Below, piece by piece: positions 32,645 through 46,300 of a stretch of 64,000 nt of DNA (position 1 is the stretch's first letter; the number at the start of each line of letters is the position of its first letter). The position numbers and the translations under genes are program-made. The notes beneath the pieces are model-generated. The model saw only the letters and a program-made list of their open reading frames with translations, did no database searches and had not been told where the DNA came from. The stretch is from the human T2T-CHM13v2.0 reference genome, Homo sapiens: NCBI RefSeq assembly GCF_009914755.1, contig NC_060933.1; one strand, written 5' to 3'.

Positions 32645-33723
32645 TGTTGCGGGAAGTCAGGGACCCCAAATGGAGGGACCGGCTGGAGCCACGGCAGAGG
32701 AACATAAATTGTGAAGATTTAATGGACATTTATCGGTTCCCAAATAATACTTTCATAATTTCTTATGCCTGTCTTTAATTCTTAATCCTGTTATCTTCGT
32801 AAGCTGAGGATGTATGTCACATCAGGACCACTGTGATAATTGTGTTAACTGTACAAATTGATTGTAAAACGTGTGTTTGAACAATATGAAATCAGTGCAC
32901 CTTGAAAAAGAACAGAACAACAGCAATTTTTAGGGAAGAAGGGAAAAGACAACCATAAAGTGTGACTGCCTGTGGGATTGGGCAAAAAGAGCCATATTTT
33001 TATTCTTGCAGAGAGCCTATAAATGGATGTGCAAGTAGGAGAGATATCGCTAAATTCTTTTCCTAGCAAGGAATATTAATATTAATACACTGGGAAAGGA
33101 ATGCATCCCTGGGGGTAGGTCTATAAACGGCCATTCTGGGAATGTCTGTCTTATGTGGTTGAGATAAGGACTGAGATACGCCCTGGTCTCCTGCAGTACC
33201 CTCAGGCTTACTAGGGTTGGGAAACTCTGCCCTGGTAAATTTGTGGTCAGACCAGTTCTCTGCTCTCAAACCCTGTTTTCTGTTGTTTAAGATGTTTATC
33301 AAGAAAATACATTCACCACTGCACATAGACCCTTATCAGTGGTTCTGTTTTTGCCCTTTGCCCTGTGATCTTTGTTGGACCCTTATCAGTGGTTCTGCTT
33401 TTTCCCTTTGTCCTGTTCCCTCAGAAGCATGTGATCTTTGTTAGACCCTTATTAGTAGTTCTGCTCTTTGCCCTTTGAAGCATGTGATCTTTGTACCTAC
33501 TCCTTGTTCTTACACCCTCTCTCCTTTTGAAACCCTTAATAAAAACTTGCTGGTCTGAGACTCAGGAGGGCATTATGGTCCTACTCATATGTGATGTCAC
33601 CCCTGGCGGCCCAGCTATAAAATTCCTCTCTTTGTACTCTTTCTTTTTATTTCTCAGCTGGCTGACACTTATGGAAAATAGAAATAACCTACATTGAAAT
33701 ATTGGGGGCGGGTTCCCCCAATA
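32645..33723 (+). mobile_element. MER11A-like solo LTR (HERV-K11/HML-8)
   Basis: Starts TGTTGCGGGAAGTCAGGGACCCC and ends GGTTCCCCCAATA. Has TATAAA and AATAAA boxes, and a perfect 6-bp TSD GGGATC (32639-32644, 33724-33729) typical of ERVK. Splits a MIR. Confidence 0.92.
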
Positions 33724-36700
33724 GGGATCAATTCTCATTTTAAAGATGCAGGAACTGAGGAATAGAGAGGTTAAATAACCCAAGGTCCTTCAGTTAGGTA
33801 GGTTAAGATATGGAATTCACATGGATGTCTAGGCCCCTCTTGAAGAAACGGGCCCTGTTTCTAGACCTTAGAGTTGAAGTTGCTGAATTGCTCCACTGGT
33901 TACAGTCTGGGCAGGTGGAGGACTTTGAGCCGACAGCTGGGCAGGGCTGGTTGTTGAGGGAGGATTACTAAGGTGGGTCCTGAATGGGAACTGGAGCAAA
34001 GTGTACGGGGGGTTTAGTTGGGGTCTGAGCACAAAACTGCAGTGATCAACGTTTCTCTTCATGTTCTTCTCCAGTTAGTTATTGCTGCAACACTCAAGCA
34101 TCTTCTGTTTTCTTGTCTATGGATGGGCCACCTAATGACCTACATTCTCATTAACCTTGAAATACTCGTAACCATACTGTCCAAATCTCTTTCTTTTCAG
34201 CATTAAAAAATAATGTATGTAAATGTAGTGCTGTCTAATCTAGTAATGCTGGATATTGGGGAAGGACATGTAGATTCAAGTGATACTTCCACAATCATAA
34301 TACCACTTTGGTAGCATTCTTCAGTATATTCTTTGGTTTAGTCTAGACTTTTCCAGGGCTCTTGTAATGGTGCAATTCATTACTAGATGCCAAGAACCCT
34401 CAGAAGAAGCTAAGATCATGAGATGATACAATTGAGAACAGATATCTCTACAGCAGAGCTAAGGGCTCTCTGTGTTCCTTTTGTCCCTCCTGAAAATATG
34501 CCTCATGCTTTTCATACTTGACTATCATAATGCTGGGAGGATTCTGGAAAATATGTGCTGTTATGGTGTGGTGTGGTGGGGAGGGGATTTTAACCTCTCT
34601 AACCTTTGTTACATCTGTTCGTTGGTACTTGGAAGAAGGTTTGACATGACCTGCTGCTATGGTTTGTAAAGGAGGATCATGAAGCCAATAAGGATTCTGA
34701 AGAGTCCATGAGCCAGACTAGTTTTTGCTTTTTCATTTGTTATACTGGAAACTGAAGGAGACCTTGACTTCAGATGGAAGTTCTGGTAGTGGAAATGCTA
34801 GGCAAGGCAGAAGCTGAGCTGATACCAGCTTCTCTTATGAATGAGCAAGGGGACTTACATTTGCATGCTGTATAATCTTAAACCTTTTAGAGAACAGGAG
34901 CCATGCTTTGTGCTTCTTGGTTCCATGGTATCTTGACTTCTTAGGAAATATTTGTTGACTTGAATTTAAGGGTGGGCTTTCTTTTCACATGATAGTTGGG
35001 TAAGATGACCTGAGGGTTTCTATGGATTTCTCTAAGACTGAAAATAAGTAGATGAGTGAAATAAAACCTAATGCTCAGCACATAGTAGAGGGTCATTAAA
35101 TATTTGTGAATAAAAGCCTTTTTCCTGGCTGCATGTTAAATTATAAACTGAGGTCAAAAGGAGATCCGAGACTTACCTTGTTTAAGCAATATTTCTTACT
35201 TTCAACCTTTTCTGTTCAATAGAGAACCCTAAGTTCCTCTAGTAGATAATTCACACAGTCTGACAAATGGCTCCTGGTCTGGAAGGACACATGCAGTGTT
35301 CTCCATGTAAGCTGGGGTACTTGACTTGGTAAGCATTTGTAGGAACTACCCAAGAACGTTTGGACCAGTACCTCAGCAAAATCCCTATTGTAGAGAAAGA
35401 AAGCCATACAAAGATGCTGTCCACAAAGACTTACTCCCCCACTCCTCTTTATTCCTGCTTGAACTGTGGATCCTCCATTTCCTGACATGTGAGAAGTATA
35501 AGCTGAATCCGTAATCAGCTCTTAAGTCACAGGTCTGCAGCTATTTTCTCTACTGAGCTCCTAAAACTCTTTCTTAGTCTCTTTCATTGATAGACATTAT
35601 CCTTAATATTTTGTACTTTCTGGAAAACAGCTTTGCTGTGTTCAAGAGACTTCTGTTTGCAGTTGGACATACATGTTTTTGAATCTAGTACACTGTGACT
35701 TTGAGCAAATTATTCTTTGTTTCATTATCTTGAAGAGTGGAAGCAATACCACTGTACCGGGTTGCTGTAAATGAAAAAGAGATGATATGCAGTATGGGGC
35801 AACTGCTAAGCATTCAAGAAATATTTGTCCCTTCCTTCCCTGTTGCTGCCTTAATTTTTGTTTCCTACCCTGGCATTCGGCTTCTTTGTCATTTTTTTTT
35901 TGGCAGAGCTGAGCATAATGAGCCTACATAGAGCCCAGTTGCCCTGTCTTTGGGTCTTGATTGCTTTTGCCTTTCCCCCTATAAATGAAGCATCACCTCC
36001 TGGTTCATTGTTGATTTTCAGAGGCACGACTGTTTGACAAACCATTTCAGGTGCTGTCTGCAGGCTGCCTAATGAGCTCTCATCTTTCACATCACTGACT
36101 GTTCAACTGATTTAGGGAAAAGTGCCCCCCGCTGATGTGTAAGAAACAGATGCAGCATAATTGTTCCATATCTTTCCTCGTTTTCTTTTTCTCTATCTCC
36201 ATTTCTATGCATGCTTTCCCATGCATAGGAGATCTAATAATTTCCAGTACCATTTCTCTACTGGGAATATATTCCAATAATGCAATGTTTTTTGGTAATC
36301 GAAGTACTATATTAATTGATATTTATGGGTGTTTTTCTTAATCTAATGTTTGTTGCCGTTTCATCTAATTCTTATTATTTAATGGCCTGGTTTCGCATTT
36401 CTAGATTGCTTTAAACATTGAATGTGCTTTTAGCTGGCCTTTGAACATCACCTCTATTTCTTCCTGGTTTGGCAGCTCTCCCCTTCTTGCCTTTCCTTCG
36501 CAAGGCAGTAAATAGAAATGCTTGTGTGCCTGTAGTTTAACTGGTGCATAAGTGCCTTTAGCAAACTTCTCTAGCTATGTGATTCAAAGCAGCAGCACTT
36601 AAATAGAACCTATGAGTCTTATTTTCAATCTGGTTTCCCTCATAGACTTGTAGTTTGTATCCTAGAATAGCAAGACACACATTCGAATCATGGGTTCCCA

Positions 36701-37389
36701 GGGCTGTATGGGACCTGAAAGGAGGTCTAGTTCAAATCCCTATATGATGCTTTTCTTGACTTCCTTAGGCAATATAGGGGTATCAGAACCCCTCACCTGT
36801 TTATGAGCTGGACAAACTAGAAAAAAAAAGCGTGGTACTGAATTCTGCAGACAAACTTCATTTTGGTGAATACATCCGTGGTTGTGTTAATCTCAAAACA
36901 GCAGACTTCTTTTTTTCTTTGTTAAATTAGAATGTGTTGACTGTCACGAGTTCTAGAGAATTGGTGGTCCCTTGGTAATTTGTGGATAAAGCCTTAATAC
37001 TCTGTCACAGATGTGTTTCACGCTTATGGTAGCAGTCTTCCCCAGGGTTGCAGAAGGAACTTGGACATAGTGATTCAATTAATCCAGTTTTGTAACTAGG
37101 ATGAAAGAATTCAAGAAAAAGTCAATTGCCTCTGCCAAAATTTAGAAACTTGATGCTAAGGAGCTGCTTAATTGCAGTGGTTATTTTAGGCATAATTATT
37201 TAAACCAGGGATTCCCATCTTTTTTGGAAATGCATTTCTATCCTGGCCTCTTCCACAAAGGATTTGAGGCAGCTCAAATATTTTGTTTCATTACACAGCA
37301 AACCTTATCCTCAAAGAATTGAATGGAATATATTTATTTTTCAAATTTACATAAATTAAATTGTATTTTGAACATTTTTCAAAAATTAG

Positions 37390-37750
37390 GAAGGGGAATG
37401 TAATAGGAAAAGCTCTACAGTTGGAATCAGAGAACCTGGGCTCCATTCCCAGCTTTGCAGATAATAGCTGCATGCTCTTGGACAAGTCATTTTTGTTTTG
37501 CATCTGTAATATGGGGAAAATAATATAGATAATATAATACTAACAGTTTCCATATATAATTATTAATATGTGTCAGGTATGTATTTTAGCTCCAGATCCC
37601 TCTATAATCCTGCAAAGTATGTTTGATGCCCCCTGTTTTAAAGAAAAGAATAATGAAGGCTGAGGGAACTGATATGACTTGTTCAAATGAGCCCATATAA
37701 GCACAGGAATGGCAGAACATAGATTTTTATGGCTTTTCCCATAATGCCAG
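37390..37750. mobile_element. MIR fragments (opposite orientations)
   Basis: TTGGAATCAGAGAACCTGGG...CATCTGTAATATGGGG and GAAGGCTGAGGGAACTGATATGACTTG. Confidence 0.55.
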
Positions 37751-38017
37751 GACATCTCTAGGAAGAAGGGAGGACCCAGATGAATCCGATTCTGTTCATT
37801 GTTTGTTTTTCATGCTTATGGAGAGGTGGTCAATGAGCATAGCTCCTTAGTGAAGGGATAGCCACTTAGTAGTGGGACACTGGGGCTGCTGAGCCCCGCC
37901 TCAGTTTGGTTTACATTTTATAAGCTTGCTGTAGCTGCATAGCTTGGTTCTTACTTGTGCAACTCAAGAAAGAAACGTCTGTGATAGAATAATCTCGGTT
38001 CAAGTCTAGCTCTGCCT

Positions 38018-38525
38018 GCGTTAGTTATCTAAACATAGTGGCTTGAAACAACACACATTTATTATCTTGTAGTTTCTATAGGTCAGCAGTCTAAGCATGG
38101 CTGAGTTGGGTCCTCTGCTCAGGGTCTCAAAGGCTGAAATCACAGTGTCTAGCTGGCTGCATTCTCATCTGGAGGCTTGGCTGAAGAAGAACACACTTCC
38201 AAGCTCATTCAGGTTATGGGCAGAATTCATTTCTTGGTGGTCTACGGGAGCTGGGGGCCTCAGTTTCTCTCTGGCTATTGGCTGAAGGACATCTGCAGGT
38301 CCTACAGTTCACCTGTGGTTCCCCACCATGTTGCCCTCTACCTTGGCAGTTCACAACATAACAGCTTCCTTCTTCAAATCCAGCAGGAGAGCCAGACTGA
38401 GTCTACTAACAAGGTGGAGTCTTATGTACAGTATCCTCATCACAGGAATGACATCCCACCCCCTTTGCTGTATTTTATGGGCTAGAGGAAAGTCCCAATT
38501 CCTGCCTACACTCAAGGGGACTGCC
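38018..38525 (-). mobile_element. MLT1 (E/F-like) MaLR LTR
   Basis: AGTGGCTTGAAACAACACACATTTATTATCT...CTTCCAAGCTCATTCAGGTT...GGCAGAATTCATTTC. Confidence 0.8.
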
Positions 38526-40868
38526 AAAGCTGGTTTGGAGTTTCTGTGGAAGCTGTAGCTTTTAAGAAAAATCACTAACATGTGGTCTTTTGGCTGAGAG
38601 GTTTTTTGGTGGAGCTTCAAAAGAGCAGTGAGGGGGAAGGTGACACCTGCCTGGGTGATCACATTAACCAAATCTGCTTGAGGCATCAGTGTTGAAGCCA
38701 AATCTTGTTACACAGAACTGATGTTTGGACAGTCACTCACTCTTCTTGAATTTTCTTTGTTAAATTGGAATCTTAATTACTTACCTTATGGAGTTGTGCT
38801 GGAATGGTGTATGTCAAAAAAGTTACTTGGAAACAGTAACACAACACATTTACTAGTCACCTTTCTGCCTGGAAGATACAGGATCCCCATCCACATCAGC
38901 TGCTCAGAGTTGGCATGGTGCCAGCTTCCTTTCTAGGAATTCATCTGTCCCAACCACACAAAAATAAAAATGCAAATACCTTCTGGCATGATGAAAAATA
39001 ATGCAATGATTTTCACATTTTGGATGATGCTTAAAAATCAACAGGGGCCATTGTAAAGACTCTTCCAAGCATCTTTAAAAAGGACTGACATGTCATCATT
39101 TTGTTGGGAGTTTTCATCCCTTTTTCATTCCACCTTGTAATTTTCCTTCTGGACCAGTTAGCAAAAAAAAAAAAAAAAAAAAAAAAAAAGCAGCAATAAA
39201 AGAAAGCCTTAAGAAAACACTCCCATGTCTCATAGTTAGCCAGAGGTTTCTGAAATGGTCACTTCCTGCCTAATCCTGGCCTCACATCCTTATTCAGGTG
39301 CCTGAGTTGGGTTGGGGCTCCTTGGTTAAGAAAGCAAGGGCATAATGATATCTTCTGTAAACATATGCTCCCTTTTAAAGGGATTCTTATGATTACCAGA
39401 ATACTTATAATTTTCATCTCAAGGATTGGCTGAGTTGGAAGGTTTAGTTTTTGATGGTTCCAAATCTCAATATGTTTCTGACAAATGGTGGATGGCCTTG
39501 TCTTTAGCAGTCACTCTGTATATTCATGAAATTAGGTGGTTGGCTCAATTTGATTATTACAGTTTTCTGTATTCCTTCTGGGGTTACCATTAACAATGTT
39601 CAGCAATTTTAAAAACAATTTTTATTGTACTTTTGTGTATAATGCACGCTAACTTTCACTACTTTTGGCTCACTGCTACATTTGAATGACCCAGTTTTGA
39701 GGAAGATATTGGTACCTACACTTGGCTTCTCCAATCCCTCCATAATCCATAGATTTACTGGTTTTCTCTATGCATGGAATCACCCGTAATGCCCCATCCA
39801 GTTATCTAATTGTGGGTTTGATTTCTTTAGGATAATCTTAACAATGCCTTCACTAAATCAGGAGAATACCTAAACAAACACAACAGTATTTTACATGAAC
39901 CTTTTTTTAAAAAAATTTGCATTTGGAAACTATTCTCTCAGAAAACTTTTCTGAGCACCTATTCAGTGTCAGGCATTCTGCTTAATGTTTGAGTACAAGA
40001 AGAAGTACAATCATCATAGCATTGGTTATAAGTTCTTTGAGGGCAGTAGCTGTGTATTAGTCACCCTTGAATATGCCAAATACAAGTACTTAAAATATAC
40101 TAATAATCATGATAAAATAAGTAGTGTTAATACATAGTTATTAATAAAGTACCCTGGAGCCATATGGCTTTAGTAGTGAATTATTTCAAAATTTAAAGAA
40201 CAGATACATACATACATTATTTCACGTAGAAAATAAAGGAGTTTTTCATGTAGGAAGCATTTTTTATTGTGAGGGAGGTAATGCATCTTCTGAGCTCTTT
40301 TCCTACATTTGTGTGAGTTTTTATAGGAGGCAAGACCCACATCCCATAATATATTCTCAGATAGCCATATAATTGCTCTCCTTGGATACAGAAACTGGGC
40401 CTTGTGCAAGCTGCCATCCCAGGGTTTTGAATCTGAATGAGTAAGGCAAAGAAACAGTAGCAGAGCAAATGTTCTGAAGTGGTAGGAGTGGCTCCCGGGC
40501 CCAATGATGGTACTGCCCATGACGACACACTAGCTGTGGGCTGGCGTATTTGGTTTCCCTTGGTTTATGGGCTTGGTCTTCTAGCTTTGTAATTTATTAT
40601 GTGAGCTATTCACTGTCTTACTAATCAAACCATTCTTTGATGAAGTTTCCCAGTGTTAATGTCTGTTATGACAGTTCTATTTGATAATACCTCTCAAATA
40701 CACTCGAGTATTCCACCAGTTTCTTTAAGTGTTTTTCCTGTACCATAGATTTGAATGCACTTTCCTTCACCTGGAAATATTTCTGTTATTTTCAACCAAG
40801 AACCCTAACTGGTGTAGAAATTTTCATAAGAGAGGATTACATGCAAATGATTCTCAGAAGGTAGGGAA

Positions 40869-40915
40869 GTGTGTGTGTGTGTGTGTGTGTGTGTGCACGT
40901 GCGCGCACATGTGCA
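40869..40915. repeat. (TG)n plus alternating purine-pyrimidine extension
   Basis: (GT)n followed by GCACGTGCGCGCACATGTGCA. Confidence 0.9.
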
Positions 40916-41129
40916 ACTGGAATTGTTTATTTGCCCTAATTAGAAATGAGGGTGGTGAAAATCCAGATTGTCAGTGAAACTGGCAGTGCCTGGCATGCAT
41001 TTATGAAACAGCAAATTATTATATAACTTGTGGTCGCGTAGAATGAAGTGCCCAGTGGAGGCTTTAGGAAATCAAGGGGCCATCACCATGAAATAGCCTG
41101 GCATGGAGAGGAGAAGGAATGCCAGAATG

Positions 41130-42310
41130 GTCAGAGAGAGTAGGTGCTTCTAATAGCTCTGAGTAACTTAAAGAAAGAGAAAGACTTGTTCAAATGTCTT
41201 GGCTCAACAAATAAATAGAAACCCAGGAAATGTTAATATCTGTGCCAAAGAGTTGTCTTTCCTTTTGCTAGTTCAAACAAAATGTGGTTTACTGAGGTGC
41301 AATGTCAGCTGAATGCATAGACTTAACAGGTTTATTATGTGAAAGGTATGGAAAAGAATGACACCGGAAGACTTGGAAAGGAGATCCCATCCCCCAGCTT
41401 TCCTTGTTAACCAAATAGCCCATTCTCTCTTACATAATAATGCTAGTAATATCTTGCTAAATGATACTGTAACTTCTTTACCAGAGGGCATTACTTTTTA
41501 AAGGAAAGCCAGTTTGTACTCCTGTCCTTCTTTATTTCTAAACAAACTAAAAGAATTCAGCACATCTCAGAAGACAACCCAGAAGAAAAAGACTTCAACA
41601 CCAAAATGATTGTAGGACTTTGCCAATTTATGTTGCCAAGACTCTGAAGAATGTGTATGAGAATGCTTGCCTGGGTGCTGAATCAGGGAAGGAAAAACAG
41701 AACTTTAGATAGGGCTGAATACTTTGAAATGGGTGTGCTTATCAGAAATTCTGGATTCAGTGTGCCATATTTAGCAGATGGAACAGTTCTATTTGGTTGG
41801 TTGACTGAAATCAGGATATTATTTTGTAATCTTGTTCCTTATTAAATGAAGCTTAGATACAGAATTTTCTTTACTGACTGTAAGACAGGGGATACTGATG
41901 GGAGAAAGCAGCATTTACTGATGGTGAAATCAGCATGGGAAGATTTGGAGGTGAAGACACCCATTCATGACATTTAACAACTAGGGGAGCAAGATCAGAG
42001 GTTATCACCATTATCAGAATCTGCAGGGATCTTTGGTTAGTCACTAGGACCAAAATGGAAGGCAGCACACTAAAGTTCTTCACTTGTATGATTGAAAAAA
42101 GAAAATTCCCTGCAATCTGATGAACTATGGCCTGACATGAGCTACTAAAAAGATCATGTCCAGTAACCAAATCCCCAGACCTGAGTAAGGTCATGACATA
42201 TTTTGATTAAAGAGGAGACTGCATTCCTGGAATGGCATAACCCCACAGTCACATCACAGCTATGTACTGGGAGTCTTCCTCCTAATCTTATTCAAAGGGA
42301 CCTGCCACAC
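41130..42310 (+). mobile_element. Ancient ERV-L internal fragment: gag to pre-protease region
   Basis: ORF 41651-41845 (WVLNQGRKNRTLDRAEYFEMGVLIRNSGFSV...LFGWLTEI) aligns by eye to ERV-L Gag (RVWDNGGRNIELDQAEFIDLGPLSRDSAFNV...LFAWLAEI). About 41295-41385 resembles LQRKV..QV..VK..GKEWDP.TW.GD, and 42277-42310 reads PPNLIQRDLPH. Confidence 0.75.
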
Positions 42311-42857
42311 TGTGATGGTACATATTGAGTGTCAACTTAATGGGACTGAAGGATACAAAGTATTGTTTCTGGGTGTGTCTGTGAGTGTGTTGCCAAAGGA
42401 GATTAACATTTGAGTCAGTGAACTGGGAAAGGCAGACCCACCCTCATTCTGGATGGGCACCATCTAATCAGCTGCCAGAGCAGCTAGAATAAAAGCAGGC
42501 AGAAGAACGTGGAAGGACTAGATTGGGTGAGTCTTCTCACTTCCATATTTCTCTTGTGCTGAATGCTTCCTGCCCTCAAACATCAGACTCCAGGTTCTCC
42601 AGCCTTTGGACTCTTGGACTTATACCAGTGGTTTGCTACGGGCTCTCTGGCTTTCGGCCACAGACTGAAGGCTGTATTATCAGTGTCCCTACTTTTGAAG
42701 TTTTGGGACACGGACTGGCTTCCTGGCTCCTCAGCTTGCAGAAAGCCTATTGTGGGACTTCGCCTTGTGATCATGTAAGTCAATTCTCCTAATAAACTCC
42801 CCTTCATATATTCATATCTATCCTATTAGTTATGTCCCTCTAGAGAACCCTAATACA
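42311..42857 (+). mobile_element. MLT2A2-like solo LTR (HERV-L LTR), 547 bp
   Basis: TGTGATGG...CTAATACA termini, AATAAA at 42791, and an extra ~100-bp internal segment relative to the two provirus LTRs. Confidence 0.9.
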
Positions 42858-42871
42858 CCTTGTAAAGTGTG

Positions 42872-43315
42872 TGTATTAGTCAGGGTTCTCTAGAGGGACA
42901 GAACTAATAGGTTATATATATAAAGGGGAGTTTATTAAGTTGTATTAACTCACATGATCGCAAGGTCCCACAATAGGCCATCTGCCAGCTGAGGAACAAG
43001 GAAGCCAGTCCAAGTCCCAAGGCTGAAGAACTTGGAATCTGATGTTTGAGGGCAGAAAGCATCCAGCACAGGAGAAAGATGTAAGCTGGGAGGCTAAGTC
43101 GGTCTAGGCTTTTCATGTTTTTCTGCCTGCTTTATATTCTGTCTGCACTGGCAGCTGATTAGATGGTGCCCACCCAGATTAAGGGTGAATCTGCCTTTCC
43201 CAGCCCACTGACTCAAATGTTAATCTCCTTTGGCAGTACCCTCACAGACACACCCAGGATCAATACTTTGCATCCTTCAATCCAATAAAGTTGACACTAA
43301 GTATTAACCATCACA
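42872..43315 (-). mobile_element. HERV-L 3' LTR (MLT2A1-like), 444 bp
   Basis: TG...CA termini; preceded on the minus strand by the polypurine tract ACAAGGGGTGGACT (43316-43329); AATAAA at 42931-42936 (minus). Confidence 0.93.
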
Positions 43316-46300
43316 AGTCCACCCCTTGTCAACTTGAACCCATACCCATCTCCTGAGATCATACATAATCTTCAAATAAAGACAATAATAAGGTCATAAT
43401 TATGCTTAATAACCATACAACCAGAAATGCACCAATCTCAACCCAAATACTATTACATAAAGTTAACAATACTTAAATGCTGATATGAAGTCAATAAATC
43501 TTATGTCACATGATAAAGAATAGGAAATAAAATGAAGATATTTTCTTCGTACAAGTGTATACATGCACAAACATGTTTTTAACAAAAGAAGGAAGAAATA
43601 CTCATGACAATTACAGTCCTCGTTTCTACAACTGGTCATGTGGTCATAGCTGGTATTGATGACTACCACCTTCTACTACCCATTCTGTATTTGCTTTGCC
43701 TTCAACAAGCACCTCAGCTGGTCATGTTTTTTTCCTGGTGGAGTGACCCAAACCTTCATTCCTGAAGGGCCTGGGCCATTTGTAGTCCTGCCTGGCTTGG
43801 GCTGTTGTAGTTTCCCACTGACCTTAATCACAGGGCATGGTAATGCTAAGAGACACCCTAATGGATTTCCTGTATTCCATGTATACTCTTCCTTACCTCC
43901 ATTGTGGAGTAGTAGACTGATTTCAATTTGATGGTCCAGGTCAGTCACACCAGCTAACCCCAGCCAACACTGTAACTCCCTTCTTAGCCTGTTGACTTAA
44001 AGGTAGGAGGAGCCCAAAGTGTCCAGGTGGCAATCTTAACTTCCAGTTTAATGGAATTGTTGTTGCGTCCTCCTGGTGGCAGTATTCCTCCCTCTGGAAC
44101 TAAGACCTCTAGGCCAGCAGAACATAATGTTGCAGGAGCAGGAAGCAAAAGTTTTGCAAGTGGATCATTAGGGGTGATGGAGAGTGGTGCCACTTCCACT
44201 TCCACCCCTTGATTTCTGGACCTGTGAATCCTGGCTATGGGATAAACAGTACCATATACTGGATGCTGATTCAGAGCATATATGGCCTTCTGGAGAACTT
44301 TGCCCCAGCCCTGCAAAGTATTGTCACTTCGTTGGCATTGTAATTGTGACATCAAAAGGCCATTCTACCATTCTATCAATCCAGCTGCTTCAGGATTATG
44401 AGGAACATGGTAAGACCAGTGAATTCAATGAGAATGAGCCCACTGCTGCACTTCTTTAGCTGTAAAGTGAGTGCCTTGGTCAGAGGCAATGCTATGTGGA
44501 ATACCATGATGGTGGATAAGCATTCCATGAGTCCATGGATGGTAGTCTTGGTAGAAGCATTGCATGCAGGATAGGCAAACCCATATCCAGAGTAAGTGTC
44601 TATTCCAGTGAGGACAAACCTCTGCCCTTTCCATGATGAGAGGTCCAATATAATCAACCTGCCAACAGGTAGCTGGCTGATCACCCCCAAAAATGGTGCC
44701 ATATCAAAGTCTCAGTGTTGGTCTCTTGTTGGCAAATTGGACACTTGGTGGTAGCTGTAGCCTGATCAGTCTTGATGAGTGGAAGTCCATGTTGCTGAGC
44801 CCATGCATAACCTCCATCCTTGACACCATGGCTACTTTGTTCATGGGCCCATTGGGCGATGACAGGGGTGGCTGGGGAAAGAGGCTGAGTGGTGTCCACA
44901 GAATGGGTCATTCTATCTGCTTGCTTATAAAATCTTTCTCTGCTGAGGTCACCTGTTGGTGAACACTCACATAGGATACAAATATCTTCACAGTTTTTGC
45001 TGACTCAGGGAGGTCCATCTACATACCTTTTCCCCAAACTTCTTTGTCACTAGTTTTCCAGTCATGCTTCTTCCAAGTCCCTGACCATCCAGCCAAACCA
45101 TCAGCTACAGCCCATGAATCAGTATATAATCACACATCTGGCCATTTCTCCTTCCATGCAAAGTGCACAACTAGGTTAACTGCTTGAAGTTCTGCTCATT
45201 GGGAAGATTTCCCTCTGCCGCTGTCTTTCAGGGATGTCCTAGAAAGGGGCTGTAGTGCTGCAGCTCTCTACTTTCTGGTGCTACCTGCATACCATGCAGA
45301 ACCATCTATGAACCAGGCCCTAGTCTTCTCTTTCTCTGTCAACTGATCATAGGGAACTCCCCATGAGACCATCAGTGCAGGCTGGGGGAGAGCAGACAGG
45401 ATCACAGGAGTGGATGGGCATTTGAGCCATTTTTTCATATAATTTACTTGTGCCTTCCGGGCCTGTTCGAACCCGATCACATATATACCACTTCCATTTG
45501 TTGATAGAATGCTGCTGTGCATGACCCACTTTATGGCTAGATGAGTCAGAAAGCACCCAGTTTATGATAGGCAGTTCAGGTCACATGGTGACTTGACGAC
45601 CCATAGTCAAATGCTCAGTTTCTGTCAAAACCCAGTAATAGGCCAAGAGCTGTCTCTCAAAAGGAGAGTAGTTATATCTGCAGAAGATGGCAGGGTCTTG
45701 CTCCAAAATCCTAAAAGCCTTTGCTGTGATTCACCTATGGGGGCCTGCCAAAGACTCCAAACAGCATCCCTATCTGCCACTGACACTCAAGCACCATTGG
45801 ATCTGCTGGGTCATTTGGCCCAAGTGGCAGAGCAGCTTGCACAGCAGACTGGACCTGTTGCAGAGCCTTCTCCTGTTCTGAACCCACTCAAAACTGGCAG
45901 CCTTTTGGGTCACTCGATAAATGGGCCAGAGTAACACACCCAAATGAGGAATGTGTTGCCTCCAGAATCCAAATAGGCCCACTAGGCATTGTTCCTCTTT
46001 TTTGGTTGTGGGAGGGGCCAAATGCAGAAACTTATCCTTTACCTTGGAATATCTCAACAGGCCCCCCACATCACTGGATCCCCAGAAATTTTACTAAGGT
46101 AGAAGTTCCCTGAATTTTAGTCAGATTTGTTTCCCATCCCCTGGTACACAAATGTCTCATCAATAAGTCCACTATGTTTGCTACTTCTTGCTCATTGGAT
46201 CCAATCAGCATAGTGTCATCATTGTAATGGACCAGTGTGATGTCTTGTGGAAGTGAAAAGCAATCAAAGTCTCTCTGAATAAGATTGTGACACAAACCTA

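Noticed and set aside
39163-39189. Isolated poly(A) run as the tail of a processed pseudogene
   Set aside because: No upstream ORF or recognisable RNA, and no convincing TSD.
41130-42310. Fv1-like domesticated ERV-L gag gene
   Set aside because: The longest homologous open frame is only ~64 aa, with many stops and deletions.
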